Notes: generated by a model from the sequence alone, not told the origin. A stretch of 64,000 nucleotides of DNA from Antedon mediterranea (GCF_964355755.1 NC_092672.1:30448437-30512436), one strand, 5' to 3'. Positions 39,801-50,880 are shown, numbered from the stretch's first letter. A program made the numbers and translations.

Positions 39801-42182
39801 ATGAATGTAAAAAAAGGGAGGTAATAAAAAAGCAGGAGAGAAGATGAAAACTTACCTCACATAAATAACAAATATAAAGAACAATGAACTTTTCCTTGTA
39901 CATCAGTGATCAGATCTGTCGACACTATCAAACCAGTTTGAAAAAAAAAGTTTGATGTCCCCAAATATGGTAGTGATATGCGCAAATATGGTAGTGATAT
40001 GACATCATCATGTCCATATATGGGGCACATCACATTTTTTTGTCACATAAAGTGACCCCTTTGGAAACAAGCCTCTGGGCTTAAAGGGCCATCCCCTGCT
40101 TTCCATGCTTTTTTTCTTGTCTAGTCTTGTATTTTTATATTTAATGTTTCTCTTTTTATTTCATTTACATTATACTGTTTTATTTATTTGTACTGTATTT
40201 GGAAAGCAATAAATATTACTTACTTACTTACTTAGTGTAGCTGACAAACCTTTGTTTGAGTTTTATTAATTCATTTCTTCTTGTTTCTCTAGTAGATTCA
40301 CTTGACCCCATTCCAGGTTGGGGCGGTATATTTTACGGTTCAGTGATCGTGACCCCACTGCTCATGTTAATTACCATATGCATTATTATAGGTGTGGGTA
40401 AGTGTTGACATTTGTTTTCAATCAAATCGTTAATTTTATTTTTGTTTTGCCCTTTTAATCCTAAATTAATTACAAATATACAAGCGATTAATAGATCTGT
40501 AAATGTTTTTATTGATGTTCTGTTTATATCAAGCAACCAATTTTGGTTTTTGTACTTGTTTTAGGGAAAACACCATCTTGAACTTGAGCTAATTGAGATA
40601 TAGCAATATATATACAGTAATTCTTCTTTAAAAAAAATGAAAATGATAAGGCCAGGCAGGCTGTAGTTGCATTAGGGATATTTATAATCTGCTATGACTG
40701 TATCCCTACCCTAAATACTAAATAATATTTTTTAACTTCTTCTGAACTTAACTTCAAATGAGACAATAAAAGGTTGAATGATATCTGTAAAATAGATTTA
40801 TGAGCGTCTGTATTTTTTTATAATAGACCATTATAAATAACTAACCTTGCATTAAATGTTATTAGACTAGCAGTATTGTGTTAGGCTTTCTCTTTATACA
40901 GTGAGTTCAGGCCTCATTATAAGGGTTATTATCCATTATAAGTAAAAGTTACAAAGCCTCCCTTATTTCCCTTATGTATATATGTTCATACATTCCAATA
41001 ATTATCAATCTATAGTTTCCCCTATGTTTCATAATTTTGGGGATTTCATTTGTGTTACACAAGCTTGTTGAAAATAAGCACAACGGTGTGGTAAAAAATG
41101 TTATCAGATGACTAGGTTAAACTACCTAACTACTGAAAAAAAGTCTTTCTGGTTTTTATAGAAGAATTTTGTATTTGACCATTTTAAGGGAAATTCATGT
41201 TTTTTCATCTTGATTTCTGTTACAAATATTTGATTTATGTACAATTAACCAGATTTTAAATTTAAATTCATGCCTGTACCTGAGCTTTAAAACAGTGGTT
41301 CTAAACAAATTTTCATAAACAGGTTAAAGAGTAAACAATTACATAAATTTAACTCATTCTTTCTTGTCCAATTTAATTTATTAGGTTTCCCTTTTTTTTT
41401 CAGCAATGACTGCATCTCAAAGGTCACATGATCCTCGTACAGATGCCCATTTCTTGCATACTCCACCGCCAACCTATACCACTCACGCTGAAGGTAAAAT
41501 TATAACACAGTAGTCTAGTATAATACTACACATCTTTGAAGCCAATTTTCCCCTAGGCGAATTGAAAGCGCCAGCTTGTACGCATGCATATCTGCTGATG
41601 CCTACGAACAATATTATGTCTCCATCCACACTTTTATGTTTGCATAGTATTTTGTATGTGTGGGAAAAAATCAAATATTAAAACAAATTTGTGAAAACTA
41701 TGTAAAAATACAATGATTACACCTTAATTTAAGGTATGTATTGGGTTTATTTGTGCCAGTGAAACCAAATACTATGACTATACAGAAAACGCCCTCTTTG
41801 AACGCCCTCAGGAAACCTAGAGAGGCAACCCCTTCCCAACGAGAGACTTTGTTAAATTCTGAAAGTGTACTTTTTTTTCTATTTATGCACATATACAACA
41901 TATTCTAGGAAATAATTTAAGGAACATGAGTTCCATGGAATCATACATTTTTACATATTGCATTTCAGTGTTATAATTTTAATGGATAAATAAATTATTA
42001 TTTTGTTTTTTTATTCAGATTATTTGAGTCCTACAAAAAGGTCACCCTATGCATCACCATATGATACATATGGTACATCTCCACGACGACGACCCCGTCA
42101 ACAGCGTTCCCCAACATTATGGAGTACTAAAGGTTATGACCCCCAAGAAGGAACCCTACCTGCTTCACCAAGTAGCGGATGA
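12869..42182 (+). CDS. NUP210: Nuclear pore membrane glycoprotein 210 (gp210), 41 coding exons, ~1884 aa
   Basis: Exons assembled by hand with GT-AG boundaries and consistent phase (5655 nt total): 12869-13029, 14735-14865, 15258-15389, 15770-15866, 15986-16136, 17348-17480, 18143-18271, 18776-18838, 20238-20344, 20673-20813, 20938-21081, 22341-22496, 22999-23107, 23371-23457, 23566-23714, 23995-24166, 24394-24614, 24813-25005, 25620-25726, 26007-26111, 27037-27138, 27505-27633, 28235-28362, 29100-29235, 29773-29835, 29937-30113, 30545-30757, 31308-31463, 31827-31918, 32285-32456, 33564-33736, 34685-34769, 35028-35157, 35486-35619, 35937-36054, 36826-36960, 37448-37701, 39194-39404, 40293-40397, 41404-41493, 42019-42182. 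The translation is collinear with vertebrate gp210 as recalled: signal peptide then KLNVPKILLP...INFTLQATEGCFTW, KQGDRILIEG, VFPWQP, GGPQPWVLDPSKY, GRQFDNFTSL, VFPPLRLNPRNITL, GGPQPQS, GTWSSSDP, one TM helix in exon 39, and an SP-rich tail with LWS. An alternative in-frame ATG lies at 12860. Confidence 0.96.
13361..14330 (-). mobile_element. 5'-truncated LINE (CR1/RTEX-like, clade uncertain) with (GAA)n tail in NUP210 intron 1, interrupted by a second retroelement
   Basis: The peptide LNFLRRN...VRPILEYGSVVWD...IQHRAARF...SVSAML|HELSWKSLAERR..RLSMFYKI is continuous once 13733-14047 is removed. Confidence 0.85.
13733..14047 (-). mobile_element. Short A-tailed LINE 3' fragment nested in the intron-1 LINE
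   Basis: Flanked by an AGCAT duplication (13728-13732, 14048-14052). It has an A-rich tail and the ORF end FLEVPHCKTSRLRSSPVP. Confidence 0.75.
14875..14980. mobile_element. MITE family A copy with TTA target-site duplication
   Basis: tta|agctctgtctacacta...tagtgtagacagagct|tta, starting 10 nt after the end of NUP210 exon 2. Confidence 0.85.
16311..16480 (+). mobile_element. Degenerate tRNA-derived SINE
   Basis: B-box ggttcaaatcc and a body (cactcccaaagac...tgtagagc) shared with 33099-33388. Confidence 0.55.
16780..16901. mobile_element. MITE family A copy with TTA target-site duplication
   Basis: Perfect TIR ends with tta on both flanks. Confidence 0.85.
17489..17726. repeat. 21-bp minisatellite, ~11 copies, at the start of NUP210 intron 6
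   Basis: Unit cactatgatcatctgtgttca. Confidence 0.95.
18272..18775 (+). other. U12-type (minor spliceosome) GT-AG intron 7 of NUP210
   Basis: 5' splice site is GTATCCTTT. A branch-point-like TTCTTTAAT lies at 18756-18764, with its A's 12-13 nt before the CAG. There is no polypyrimidine tract, and the reading frame is preserved across the junction. Confidence 0.88.
18288..18535. mobile_element. Tc1/pogo-like MITE remnant with internal ~20-bp repeats
   Basis: ta-cagtagaacc start and repeated gtgtcctcttaat(a/t)gag units. A similar fragment lies at ~31130-31196. Confidence 0.45.
18904..19963. mobile_element. piggyBac-like non-autonomous DNA transposon (1060 bp)
   Basis: TTAA|cactttgactgcca ... 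tggcagtcaaagtg|TTAA, with two subterminal palindromes aaaacgaagatcttcgt near the right end. No transposase ORF. Confidence 0.85.
21389..21710. mobile_element. MITE family A copy with a nested family B MITE (21525-21683)
   Basis: The family A right TIR is split at tgtcac|...|ataaagtttgatagtgtagac by an element with agcttggttcccactag and ctagtgggaaccaagct ends. Confidence 0.85.
21781..22223 (-). mobile_element. L2-clade LINE 3' end
   Basis: GERSFVVAAPKLWNSLPLVIRESPSISIFKAHLKTHLF, plus an L2-type tail (agcgc...gcgctatataaat). Confidence 0.85.
22705..22890 (+). mobile_element. tRNA-derived SINE copy
   Basis: A-box tggtttggtgg, B-box gttcaagtcc, and a body matching 33099-33388. Confidence 0.7.
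25017..25163. mobile_element. MITE family A copy (degenerate)
   Basis: Family core and right TIR are present. Confidence 0.7.
25364..25522. mobile_element. MITE family C (Harbinger-like), short form
   Basis: TIR agccgattttccactaggcgaatttgttcg and its reverse complement. Confidence 0.85.
26170..26300. mobile_element. MITE family B copy
   Basis: ttggttcccactag...ctagtggaaacca with an internal ttgaccaat/attggtcaa inverted pair. Confidence 0.75.
26401..26947. mobile_element. Kolobok-like non-autonomous DNA transposon, intact (547 bp)
   Basis: TTAA|agatgtattgtccctt ... aagggacaatacatct|TTAA. AG..CT termini with a TTAA TSD fit Kolobok. Confidence 0.85.
28381..28528. mobile_element. MITE family A copy
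   Basis: TIRs and core present, ~20 nt after the end of NUP210 exon 23. Confidence 0.8.
32097..32230. mobile_element. MITE family A copy (reverse orientation)
   Basis: TIRs and reverse-complement core. Confidence 0.8.
32724..33496. mobile_element. Two tandem Kolobok-like elements sharing a TTAA (32724-33069 and 33074-33496)
   Basis: TTAA|agatatattgtc...gacaatacatct|TTAA|agatgtattgtc...cacaatatgtct|TTAA. Confidence 0.7.
33099..33388 (+). mobile_element. Full-length tRNA-derived SINE with (AATAA)n tail
   Basis: A-box tggcttggtgg (head duplicated, 22 bp), B-box ggttcaagtcc, 3' stem catcc...ggatg, and an A-rich tail. Confidence 0.8.
33949..34317. mobile_element. Sola2-like non-autonomous TIR element
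   Basis: AACT|gggtcattccatctcag ... ctgagatggaatgaccg|AACT: a 4-bp TSD with a GGG start. Confidence 0.7.
34829..34938 (+). mobile_element. Extremely 5'-truncated copy of the intron-1 LINE family
   Basis: Near-identical reverse complement of ~13361-13472, with a (GAA)n tail and GTCAT flanking duplication. Confidence 0.85.
36081..36266. mobile_element. MITE family A copy (reverse) with internal repeat expansion
   Basis: TIRs plus three copies of gcccaaatatggta. Confidence 0.8.
37950..38319. mobile_element. Unclassified TIR element with ~60-bp GC-rich arms
   Basis: gagtattacggtg..acgtcacaacgatagagggcgctgcatggttgc is mirrored by gcaaccacgcagcgccccctaccgtcgtgacgt..caccgtgatactc. Confidence 0.7.
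38516..38552 (-). ncRNA. Candidate minimal type I hammerhead ribozyme (Penelope-like)
   Basis: The minus strand reads GUAC-CUGAUGA-U-GACC-UAU-GGUC-GAAA-GUAU-UA-GUAC followed by AAUAAA: both core boxes, a 4-bp stem II, a 4-bp stem I and a near-palindromic minimal stem III. Confidence 0.5.
39436..39771. mobile_element. MITE family B-related long variant (partly duplicated)
   Basis: tggttcc(c/a)actag starts, a ctagtgggaaccaag end, and a body shared with 54110-54547. Confidence 0.7.
39915..40245. mobile_element. MITE family A copy interrupted by a LINE 3' tail ending in (TTAC)n (~40052-40233)
   Basis: The right TIR is split at gtcacataaag|...|tagtgtag. The insert ends aataaatattacttacttacttact. 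Confidence 0.7.
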
Positions 42183-43549
42183 AAGTACCATACAATAAGT
42201 TAGTTTAAGAAAGTTAATCATTTTTGATAAAAGAAAATAATAAAACAATTATTTTTCCCATGTTTGTTAAATTGATGTGAAATATTTTTTTACAATTTTG
42301 TTATCTTTTTTAAGTAATGTTGAAAATTATTATTACGAAGTTTCTTTCTGTAACATGAACCGTGATTATATGAAATACAGGCGTATAATATATAAGACAC
42401 CACCCCCCATTATCCGAAATAAGGTGTACTTTCGCTGTACGACCAACCAGAGAACACTAGCAGACAGATGTAATATGAACATATAATACCTATACCTATT
42501 ATCCGAAAAAAGGCCGTACTTTTGCTGTACAGAACGACCAGCAAGAGAAAAGCAAATGGATGATGTAATCGCAGTGCATACAACCATTTTAACCGAATGC
42601 GCAATATTTCACATTTTATTTATTTCATTACATAACTATTTCTTAAATTATCGGATTTACAAATTTATTAAATAATTTGCGAGTGAAGTTTTTGAAATAT
42701 GGTAAGATGTAAGCAAGCGCCTTGAGCAACTTTGGTGGGGAAGTGCGCTCTATAAATCATTATTATTATTAATGTTATTAATGTACATTTATTGGTTGGA
42801 AAAATTGATTCCATAAAAAATAATGACAAAATTCCCAAAAAAAACATAGATTTCCCCCCCCCCCCCAAAAAAAAGGATAAAACTGAAATCGAAAAGGTAG
42901 TTTATAATATTCAAATTACCAGCATATAATCTGCTTTTTGAAATTGAAAATATAAATTGGATTTAAAAAGTTCTTTGACATTAGATTTGGTGAACAAAAA
43001 TAATAATAATAATACCTGACCTGATTAAATTGTATGGTGTATTGTATTATATCAGGGAGTGTTTACAAAAATAAGAATTTAAAAATTGCTTTAGGCATTA
43101 AATATAAAGCCATTCATTCATTTCAAGGCTATGTGTATATTGTACATACTACTTCACAATCTTCTATTATGTATTGTTATTCCAACCAATCCAATTGTGA
43201 GGAAAGAATTTTTATTCAAAATAATTGTATACAATTGCTTTTCTGATAGTGGTAATCTTTGATATGATTTCTTGCAAACAAAATGGTAGTCACTGCAGCA
43301 ACTGCAGTATAGTATTATTGGTATGTTCTCTAATGTTAAGCTTCATAAAGTTTATTTGGAAGTTTCAATCAAGAAAATAAAAACATTTTGTTGCCCATTG
43401 ATGCAGAATAAGATTTACTCCTAACTGCAATCACGGGACGTATAATAAAGCGCAGAGGTTCCGTCTTGTAAAATATGGTACGGGGGGGGGGGGGGGGGGC
43501 GTGGGTGGGTCATACAGGAAATTTTGTCACGTCCCCTACTCTGACCCAA

Positions 43550-43820
43550 TTACGTAAGCGCAACGTGATTTGACCAATCACAGAGCAATTGATTATTCTG
43601 AATGTCGCTTGTCGTTGGTAAACTCGTTTGCGTTGCGTCTACGTACTTGCGTTGCGTCTACGTACTTGCGTTGTGTCTCTAGTCTCTAGCTTGGTTCTGA
43701 CTAGCGACGCAACATAACGATGTAGACGCAACGTCAGTTGAACGAACACAAGCAACAATTCTGGCGATCAATCACGTTGCGCTTACGTCCTTGCGTTGCG
43801 TCTCTAGTGAAAACCAAGCT
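43550..43820. mobile_element. Adjacent MITE family B copies
   Basis: agcttggttctgactag...ctagtgaaaaccaagct, plus an upstream partial copy. Confidence 0.7.
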
Positions 43821-44787
43821 TTAGTATTAACCCACCGACTTCGATAGTATTTCAGTACTGTGTGTGTTTTTTGTGTATATGTTGCATTTCTAAATCCTAA
43901 TGTAATGTAGGCATCATTGTATTTTATTTTTCTTTGTTTATTTGTTATTAAATTTTGCTGGAATTTGTAATGCATTCTTGCATTTTTTATGCGTATATTT
44001 TGACGAATATGCAGTGTATATTCTGACTATGAATTATATTTGGTAGTACATTTACAAAACAAAGCCGATTTTGTGAGACTCATTCGAGTTTTTTTTCTTT
44101 TTAAGAAACTGTATAGGCCTAAGCGCACTTGCGTTAAGTGAGACAAATTCGCGTTAATGGAGGTTTATTTAGTACCCTCTAATACATTTTCGTGAACTTG
44201 AATTGCGAAAATAATGACACGCGTGCACGTTAAACTTCGTGAGCAAAACAATTGAAAATGTAATGACATTTTGTGTAAAAAATATTCCTATATTGAATCT
44301 ATTGTAACTCTGTATGAATGGTAAACCCCCACATTTTAATATTTATTATAACAGGAAGCATTTTTTTGTTCACACTGACAGCATTGAATCATCATTTGAC
44401 GGTTAATATTAATATCGCTATATTCCGTTGCTATTAACGTTTATTTTCTTCCCCAATAGTTTCCATGATCTCATTAACTTGGTATAGTAGTTAGAAAATA
44501 TGGAGGATTGTTTTAAATTGCTGGTATGCCTTATTATTGTGTTATATTGCCGGTCTCCTACTGTATATATATTCTTTTTACAGTATGTTGTACAATTCAA
44601 ACCTAAGGCAATTATATTGTTTTTATTTATTTTATCTAGTTATTATATTAGACAAGTTCTATTTCCTCTGAAATATGATGTAAGAAGCATTTTTGGGTAG
44701 AAGCTGAGATCCACTTGATTTAGGATATTTCGACCTCGCTGATTACGAATATGGCGGATCCCAAGCGAAATTCGGCCATCTAAGCCC

Positions 44788-45310
44788 TTAATTTGCATAA
44801 TTAAAAATGGCGGCCATTTTTTATAATTACCCTATATCACGAGAACCACTAGTCACAGATAATTAATTTTGGTGTCAACATGTTTTAAATATATGTTTTT
44901 ATATTCACTTTAATGACACATTTTCTCAAAAAAGTCTTATTTCTGACATTTTGACCTTTGACCTTGATTTATCGTATCTCAGTAACCAATAATCGGAGAG
45001 ACACGAAATAGGGCTCAAATTGTTCAGAAACTATACATTCATATTTATTATAATGAAATGTTTTTACAAAAAATGGCCGATTCTACAACTATTGACCTTT
45101 GAACTATTAGTCAAATATAATAATATAACTCTGAAAATTTTGGTCTTATGACATTTTTTTTCTTTTTAAATTGTTTCAAACCTGTGTGTTCCTATCCAGT
45201 CTAATGGCACATTTTGTACAAGAATGGCCGATAGTATGGTTATTGACCTTTGAACTACAGCATAGCATATAATAAATATAATTGCGTAACTATGAAATTA
45301 TTTATACACA
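44788..45310. mobile_element. Diverged single arm related to the 59536-62179 element
   Basis: Shares taatttgcataattaaaaatggcggccatttt and ~140-bp units containing tgacctttga. Confidence 0.7.
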
Positions 45311-46107
45311 ATAATAATTAGTAAAATTACTATTACTAATCTTAAATTGAGCACCTGAAAATAGTAACCCACCCCAACTTTTCCGGTCAGCAACTCATAG
45401 CAAAATAATAAAACAGTAGGAATAAACACATTTGGTTGAACTCTAATAGTATCCCCCATGTGTTACTATTAGAGTAGTGGGTTATTATTATAGATTGACT
45501 TATAAGGTGGTTTACTATTGGAAGGGGGGTTACTATTGGAGTGTGGGTTACTATTAGAGGATTTACGGTACCAATAGTAACCCTAAACTCTAGGCCTATG
45601 TTGTAATCCCCTTGATTCAGGGGGCTATTTTGCGAACCAGTTCACCCCCTTCGTCTTGAATGATGAACTGGGTTCTTTAAAGTGCACACCAGTTATAAAC
45701 TGTGTACATTCATTTTATAATCCTTATTCGAGAAGACTTGTTCCACCACTAGAACTAGGAGCGAGTCGGCCTCGAACCCTTGCAGATATTTTTGGCTTTT
45801 TAGGTACGGTAAACGGCGCCCATTTCTTAACCGCTCGGTCAGTTCCTGTACTACATTTATATACTGTACCAAACCAGAACCCACATAATTATTTATTTAT
45901 TATTTATTTATTTTCAATCTTTCGACAATCAGAAACAAAAAAGTTGGTTAAGAACTGTCATCAAAAGATGTGCTTAACCAATTAGGATCATTAGTTGTTG
46001 TAGCATGTACCGGTACGTAACCACTTTCCGTTACGTTTACGTCCTTGCGTTGCGCCCTAGAGGCTCTGGTGGAAACAAAATATAGTAGACGACGCAATGG
46101 CGCGTTA

Positions 46108-46286
46108 AGCGTGGTTCTCACTAGCGACGCAACACAAGGACGTAACGCAACGCAAGTGAATTGACCAATCACAAGCGATGACTTATTCGCTTGTGATTGC
46201 TAACTGTCTATAACTTCGTTTGTCATTGGTTAAAACGCTTGCGTTGCGTTTACGTCCTTGCGTTACGTTCTAGTGGAAACCAAGCT
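46108..46286. mobile_element. MITE family B copy with TTA TSD, among further family B fragments (~46025-46383)
   Basis: tta|agcgtggttctcactag...ctagtggaaaccaagct|tta. Confidence 0.8.
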
Positions 46287-47115
46287 TTAAGCGCAACGCA
46301 AGTAATTGACCAAACACAAGCTATGGATTATTCGAACTGTCCCTTGTCTTTGGTTCTAGCGTTACATTCTAGTTAGAACCAAGATTAACCAGGTTTCAGA
46401 AATCAAACTTAACAATTCTATTCACTAGCTGTGTAAACAATTTAGTACGAACACAATGCAAGTTCAACAGTTCTTGCAGAAGTTATCTTTCAAAAATATG
46501 TTTTAAACTTTCTACTACCAGTAAATTAGCAATGTCATATTTCAATAAATCAATTACTTGATCGTTTAATTTAAATATGTGCTTTATTCCAGCTACACCA
46601 GCTGTTATTCGTTCTGTTCAATAATAATAAAAAAAATCGTCATTTGCAGTCGCTGATTTCCATTTGTTTATCGTTCGATATTATTCCATTCATTGTGCCG
46701 TTAAGCCTTGTATCGGTTGATTTCACACACGTCACGTTGGGAGGTTATAACCGAGTGGAGTGTAATGTGTACACCTTTATTTGAAACGTATAATTATAAG
46801 GTAAATTATTATTTTTATAAAAGGCTCTCAACATAGTTCATGCTCGTGGAAGCTTTTTTTTTAAATATTCTATGCGAATGTTAAAGTCTGGCAGATGTTT
46901 ATGCTTAGTCTAGTCGCATAATTAATGTGGTCCATCGTCTCGCTTAATACCAGCAGCCGCCATACAGTAATAAATACGGAACTAGTTTGGCCGACTGAAA
47001 ATGTGGTGCGTAAGGATCAGGCAAAGCTAACATAACATAATAATGTTGTAACCTCACATGTATTAGCTTGATTTTTATTTTTTAGAATCATTAGTAAGGT
47101 GGTATTATTTTCACC

Positions 47116-50100
47116 ATGAGTATATTCGGAGAATGTTTTTCAAATGTCAACAGACGAAAGACATTGCATGGTAACAGTGAATCCTCATCTACGTTTCGAA
47201 GATGTCTTAACACCATTGACCTAACATACATAGGTCTGGGTTCCATGCTCGGTACTGGACTGTTTGTTGTTGGAGGAGAGGTAGCCAAAAATATCGCAGG
47301 CCCAGCTGTTGTGGTATCCTTCGCATTAGGGGCAATTGCAGCTCTTCTGTCCGCATACTGCTATGCAGAATTTAGCTCCCAAATAACACGAACTGGATCT
47401 GCTTACATATACGCTTATGTCAGTATTGGTGAGGTTTGGGCGTATATAATTGGTTGGAATATGGTGTTAGAATATATTGCAATGCTATCGAGTGTTTCTC
47501 GAGCGATGAGTGCGACTATAGATTCAGTGATTGATTTTAAAATACAAAATGCAATCACACATTATTTTTTGAACGACGAACCGTGGAAATCGTCGTTTTT
47601 GTCCGAGTATCCGGATTTGTTTGCTGGTGCTTTGGTCATATTTGTTACAATTTTAGTGTCTTTTGGCGCCAAAATATCTTCAACAGTGACATTTATTTGC
47701 ATTAACATGCTATTTGTAATTGTTGTTATGATGATAGTAGTAGCGTTTTATTACGGAGACGTAAACAACTTAACAAAAGACGGTGGGTATTTTCCGTTCG
47801 GAATCGAAGGTGTTCTAGAGGGCGCTGCTGTCTGTTTTATGACGTACAGTGGGTTTGAAGTAATTTGCATATCCAGTGAGGAATGTACGTCACCAAGAAA
47901 AAGCATTCCCATTGCGTTGGGAGCAGCTTTGGCTGTTGTCTCCGTCACGTATTTAATTGTTTCTGGATCTTTAACGTATCTTGTTACGTATAAGGAAATA
48001 ATACCAGATGCGGCGTTCTCAGCAGCATTTATTGAGAAAGGCCTCGATTGGATGGGATACATTGTTACAATCGGTGTAATTTTGGCGGGATTTACAAGCT
48101 TAATTACAGGATCATACTTCTTAGCACGATTAATTTACGCGCTTTCAGTTGATGGTCTTTTCTTCAAAGCATTTTCAAATGTTAGTCAAACTTCACAAGT
48201 TCCGGTTATGGCTACAATCGCTTTTGGGACTATGAGTGCAGCTTTAGCTATTTTAGTAAAGTATGATGTACTAGTGAAATGTTTGTCTATTGGTACTCTC
48301 TGTGCGTACACTATCATGTCGGGAGCTGTTATTATTTTACGTTATCGTCCAAAATCAAAAGATTCGCTTTTCGTTGATTATGATGACGCAACGACGCTTT
48401 TTACGCAAACAGAAGGTGCAGACGATAATGGCGAATATGTCTATGATTTAACTGGGAGGTTGAAGAACTCTTTTAACCGTCTTCCATTGTTAAGTAAACT
48501 TGAACCAGGAGCAGCGGTACCGTATGCATTGCTAGGATTCGTATTTTGTTTAGGAGCGGGTTTGCTGTTAATAAACAACTTCCCAGATTTACTCTCAACG
48601 GTTCCAGTTGCAATCTTAACAATAGTTTTGTTCATTCTGAGTTTGATGTCATTTGTTATTATACCGTTGCATCATCATTCTTTCAATGAAGGAAAGATAC
48701 AGGTAGGCATAACATTCATGTTCACGTGACAAGAACGTACGTTAAATACGCGATTATCAATGTTGTATCTCCACATACAACAATATTTGCCCAGTTTTAT
48801 AGGAATACCCGGATACAGCATCTCATGTGTATCATATGGTTCATGTATCATGTAAGGTCACTGTATGGTTAAGGGTTAGGTTGTGATACTAGGCGATACA
48901 TGTGAATCACATGTGATGCTGTATTACCATTACGGAATATTCCTATGATACTGATGAAATGTAGACCCAGAGAATTGGGTGCGTTCAAAATGTACCGAAT
49001 TAGCCTACATATCGAAATTATATTACAAAATTGTTGTCAAAACTTGTATTGTGAAATGTAACTCCACGAGCCCCATAACCTGGAATAATACATTTATTCG
49101 GCATGTTATATCAAGCACAATCTTGCCAGAAGCAAGTATTTTGGCATAAGCATGAATAGAATTAACTGCTCTTGCTCCAACGCAGATAAAGCTGATTAGC
49201 CCGCTGTAAAGCAGCAATAATTGGTACATTATGAAACCAACTTAGTGGGTAAATTAACTAAGCGTGAATGCACCCTAACATCCGAGTATGTAGGGGTTAG
49301 CCTACGAATTGAGAGCCCAAATATGAAGTTTGTAAAAGTAAATAATATCCGTACAATTGCGTCAGAAACACCGAGTAGCCCCAGAGAAATGTTGCAAATC
49401 TGACAAGTGTACAAAATAACACGAAGTCACTAATAATCTACAAGCATAAAAAAGAAACGTTCAATACACTCGAGTTAAACCTGTGCAATCCTTCTTTTTT
49501 TTTTTGTTAAATATTCAAATTTTGCAGCTGAATGGAATATGACAATAAATATTTGTGTCACTGAGTGATTTAATCACCGGAATGCATGAACCTTGTTTGT
49601 TTTAGACTGTTTTTCTCCGTTTCTTTATACAAAACCCTGACATTTCTTTTGCTTATTGTTTCAGGTTCCGTTTGTTCCATTTTTGCCGGCTTTCAGCATA
49701 ACAATTAATATTATACTTATGACGCAACTGGATCACCTGACATGGTTGCGATTTATACTGTGGATTGCAATTGGTAATTTGTTTTTAATCTTTCTAATAC
49801 CTGTTCACACAGTAAACTGTAGCTTACAGCCTTAGCGTGGTTGTAATTATTCTATGCAATAATTAACTTTCTAAATACCCTGTTTACACAAGAAATGTAA
49901 CGTACAGCCTTTTAAACAGTTGTCTATTTAACTGAATAACTGTTACGTTCCCATTCCCGCAATAATACAATATTTAAAAGCGCAGATGATTTAATTCTGT
50001 CGGTTAGCATTATTATATGACCTGGATGGCGTGCACATTAAATGCATATCCAATCAGATTTCAATTTATCCTTTATCCTCACCAACACCCGAACAACACA

Positions 50101-50721
50101 ACATGCTGAATAATTGGCGACCTTTGGCTCATGTCTTTTACGACGACGCAGCTATTGAGTATCACCGTCATTATACGCATGCTCATACTGTATGTTTCTG
50201 AGTCTGCGCATCAGTGCTATTTCGACACGACAGTCCGTCGTGAAAATGAATGGTCACTTCTTAATAATCCACGTATTGAATACTATATTAATTGTAGCCG
50301 AGACAATCTGGATTTGTCTCAGATTTTAATATTTTTATGATGGAGTATGGTTGCCAACAATTGCTGCTTTCAGCTAAATCTTATTAATTGTTGGCTCCTT
50401 TACGGAAGCCTGCTAGTAACATTCGTAGTAGATTCCAAAAAGATAAATAACTTCAGAACTTTGAACTGCATACCTTGTGAATTATCAGAGAAATAAACAT
50501 TGAAAATACGCGCACGCAAACATTTAACTTGATATAATGTAATTTTTATTTAATTCTGTTTTCTTCTTATGAAACATATAGGAATGGCTATATATTGTTT
50601 CTATGGATATTGGCACAGTGAAGAAGGAAAGACAGATGAACAGTCCCCAAATATTACTGAAAACGGACCTACTGCCTTTTCGTACGGTTCACTGGACAAT
50701 GAAAGGGAAATTCAATATTAA
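47116..50721 (+). CDS. Cationic amino acid transporter (SLC7 CAT subfamily, SLC7A4-like), 3 coding exons, ~611 aa
   Basis: Exons 47116-48702, 49665-49773, 50582-50721. CAT motifs include [23 protein letters not shown]...[35 protein letters not shown], and C-terminal VPFVPFLP...TWLRF...[11 protein letters not shown] probable 5'UTR intron spans 46801-47085. The exact orthologue is not resolved. Confidence 0.93.
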
Positions 50722-50726
50722 TAATC

Positions 50727-50880
50727 ACGGCTTCTTGAGGCCTACCGGTTTCTTGTACCGGCTTCTTGTATCGGGTTCTTGTACCGACTTCTTGAGGCCT
50801 ACCGGCTTTCTGTAGGCCTACCGGCGGCTGTTACCGGCTTCTTGTCGATTACCGGCTTCTTGTCGCTTACCGGCTTCGTC
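50727..50880. repeat. GC-rich minisatellite (accggcttcttg variants) just after the transporter stop codon
   Basis: About 9 imperfect units of 12-20 bp. Confidence 0.8.

Noticed and set aside
47091-48635. Minus-strand ORFs overlapping the transporter exon
   Set aside because: They are antisense shadows of a long coding exon with no independent support.
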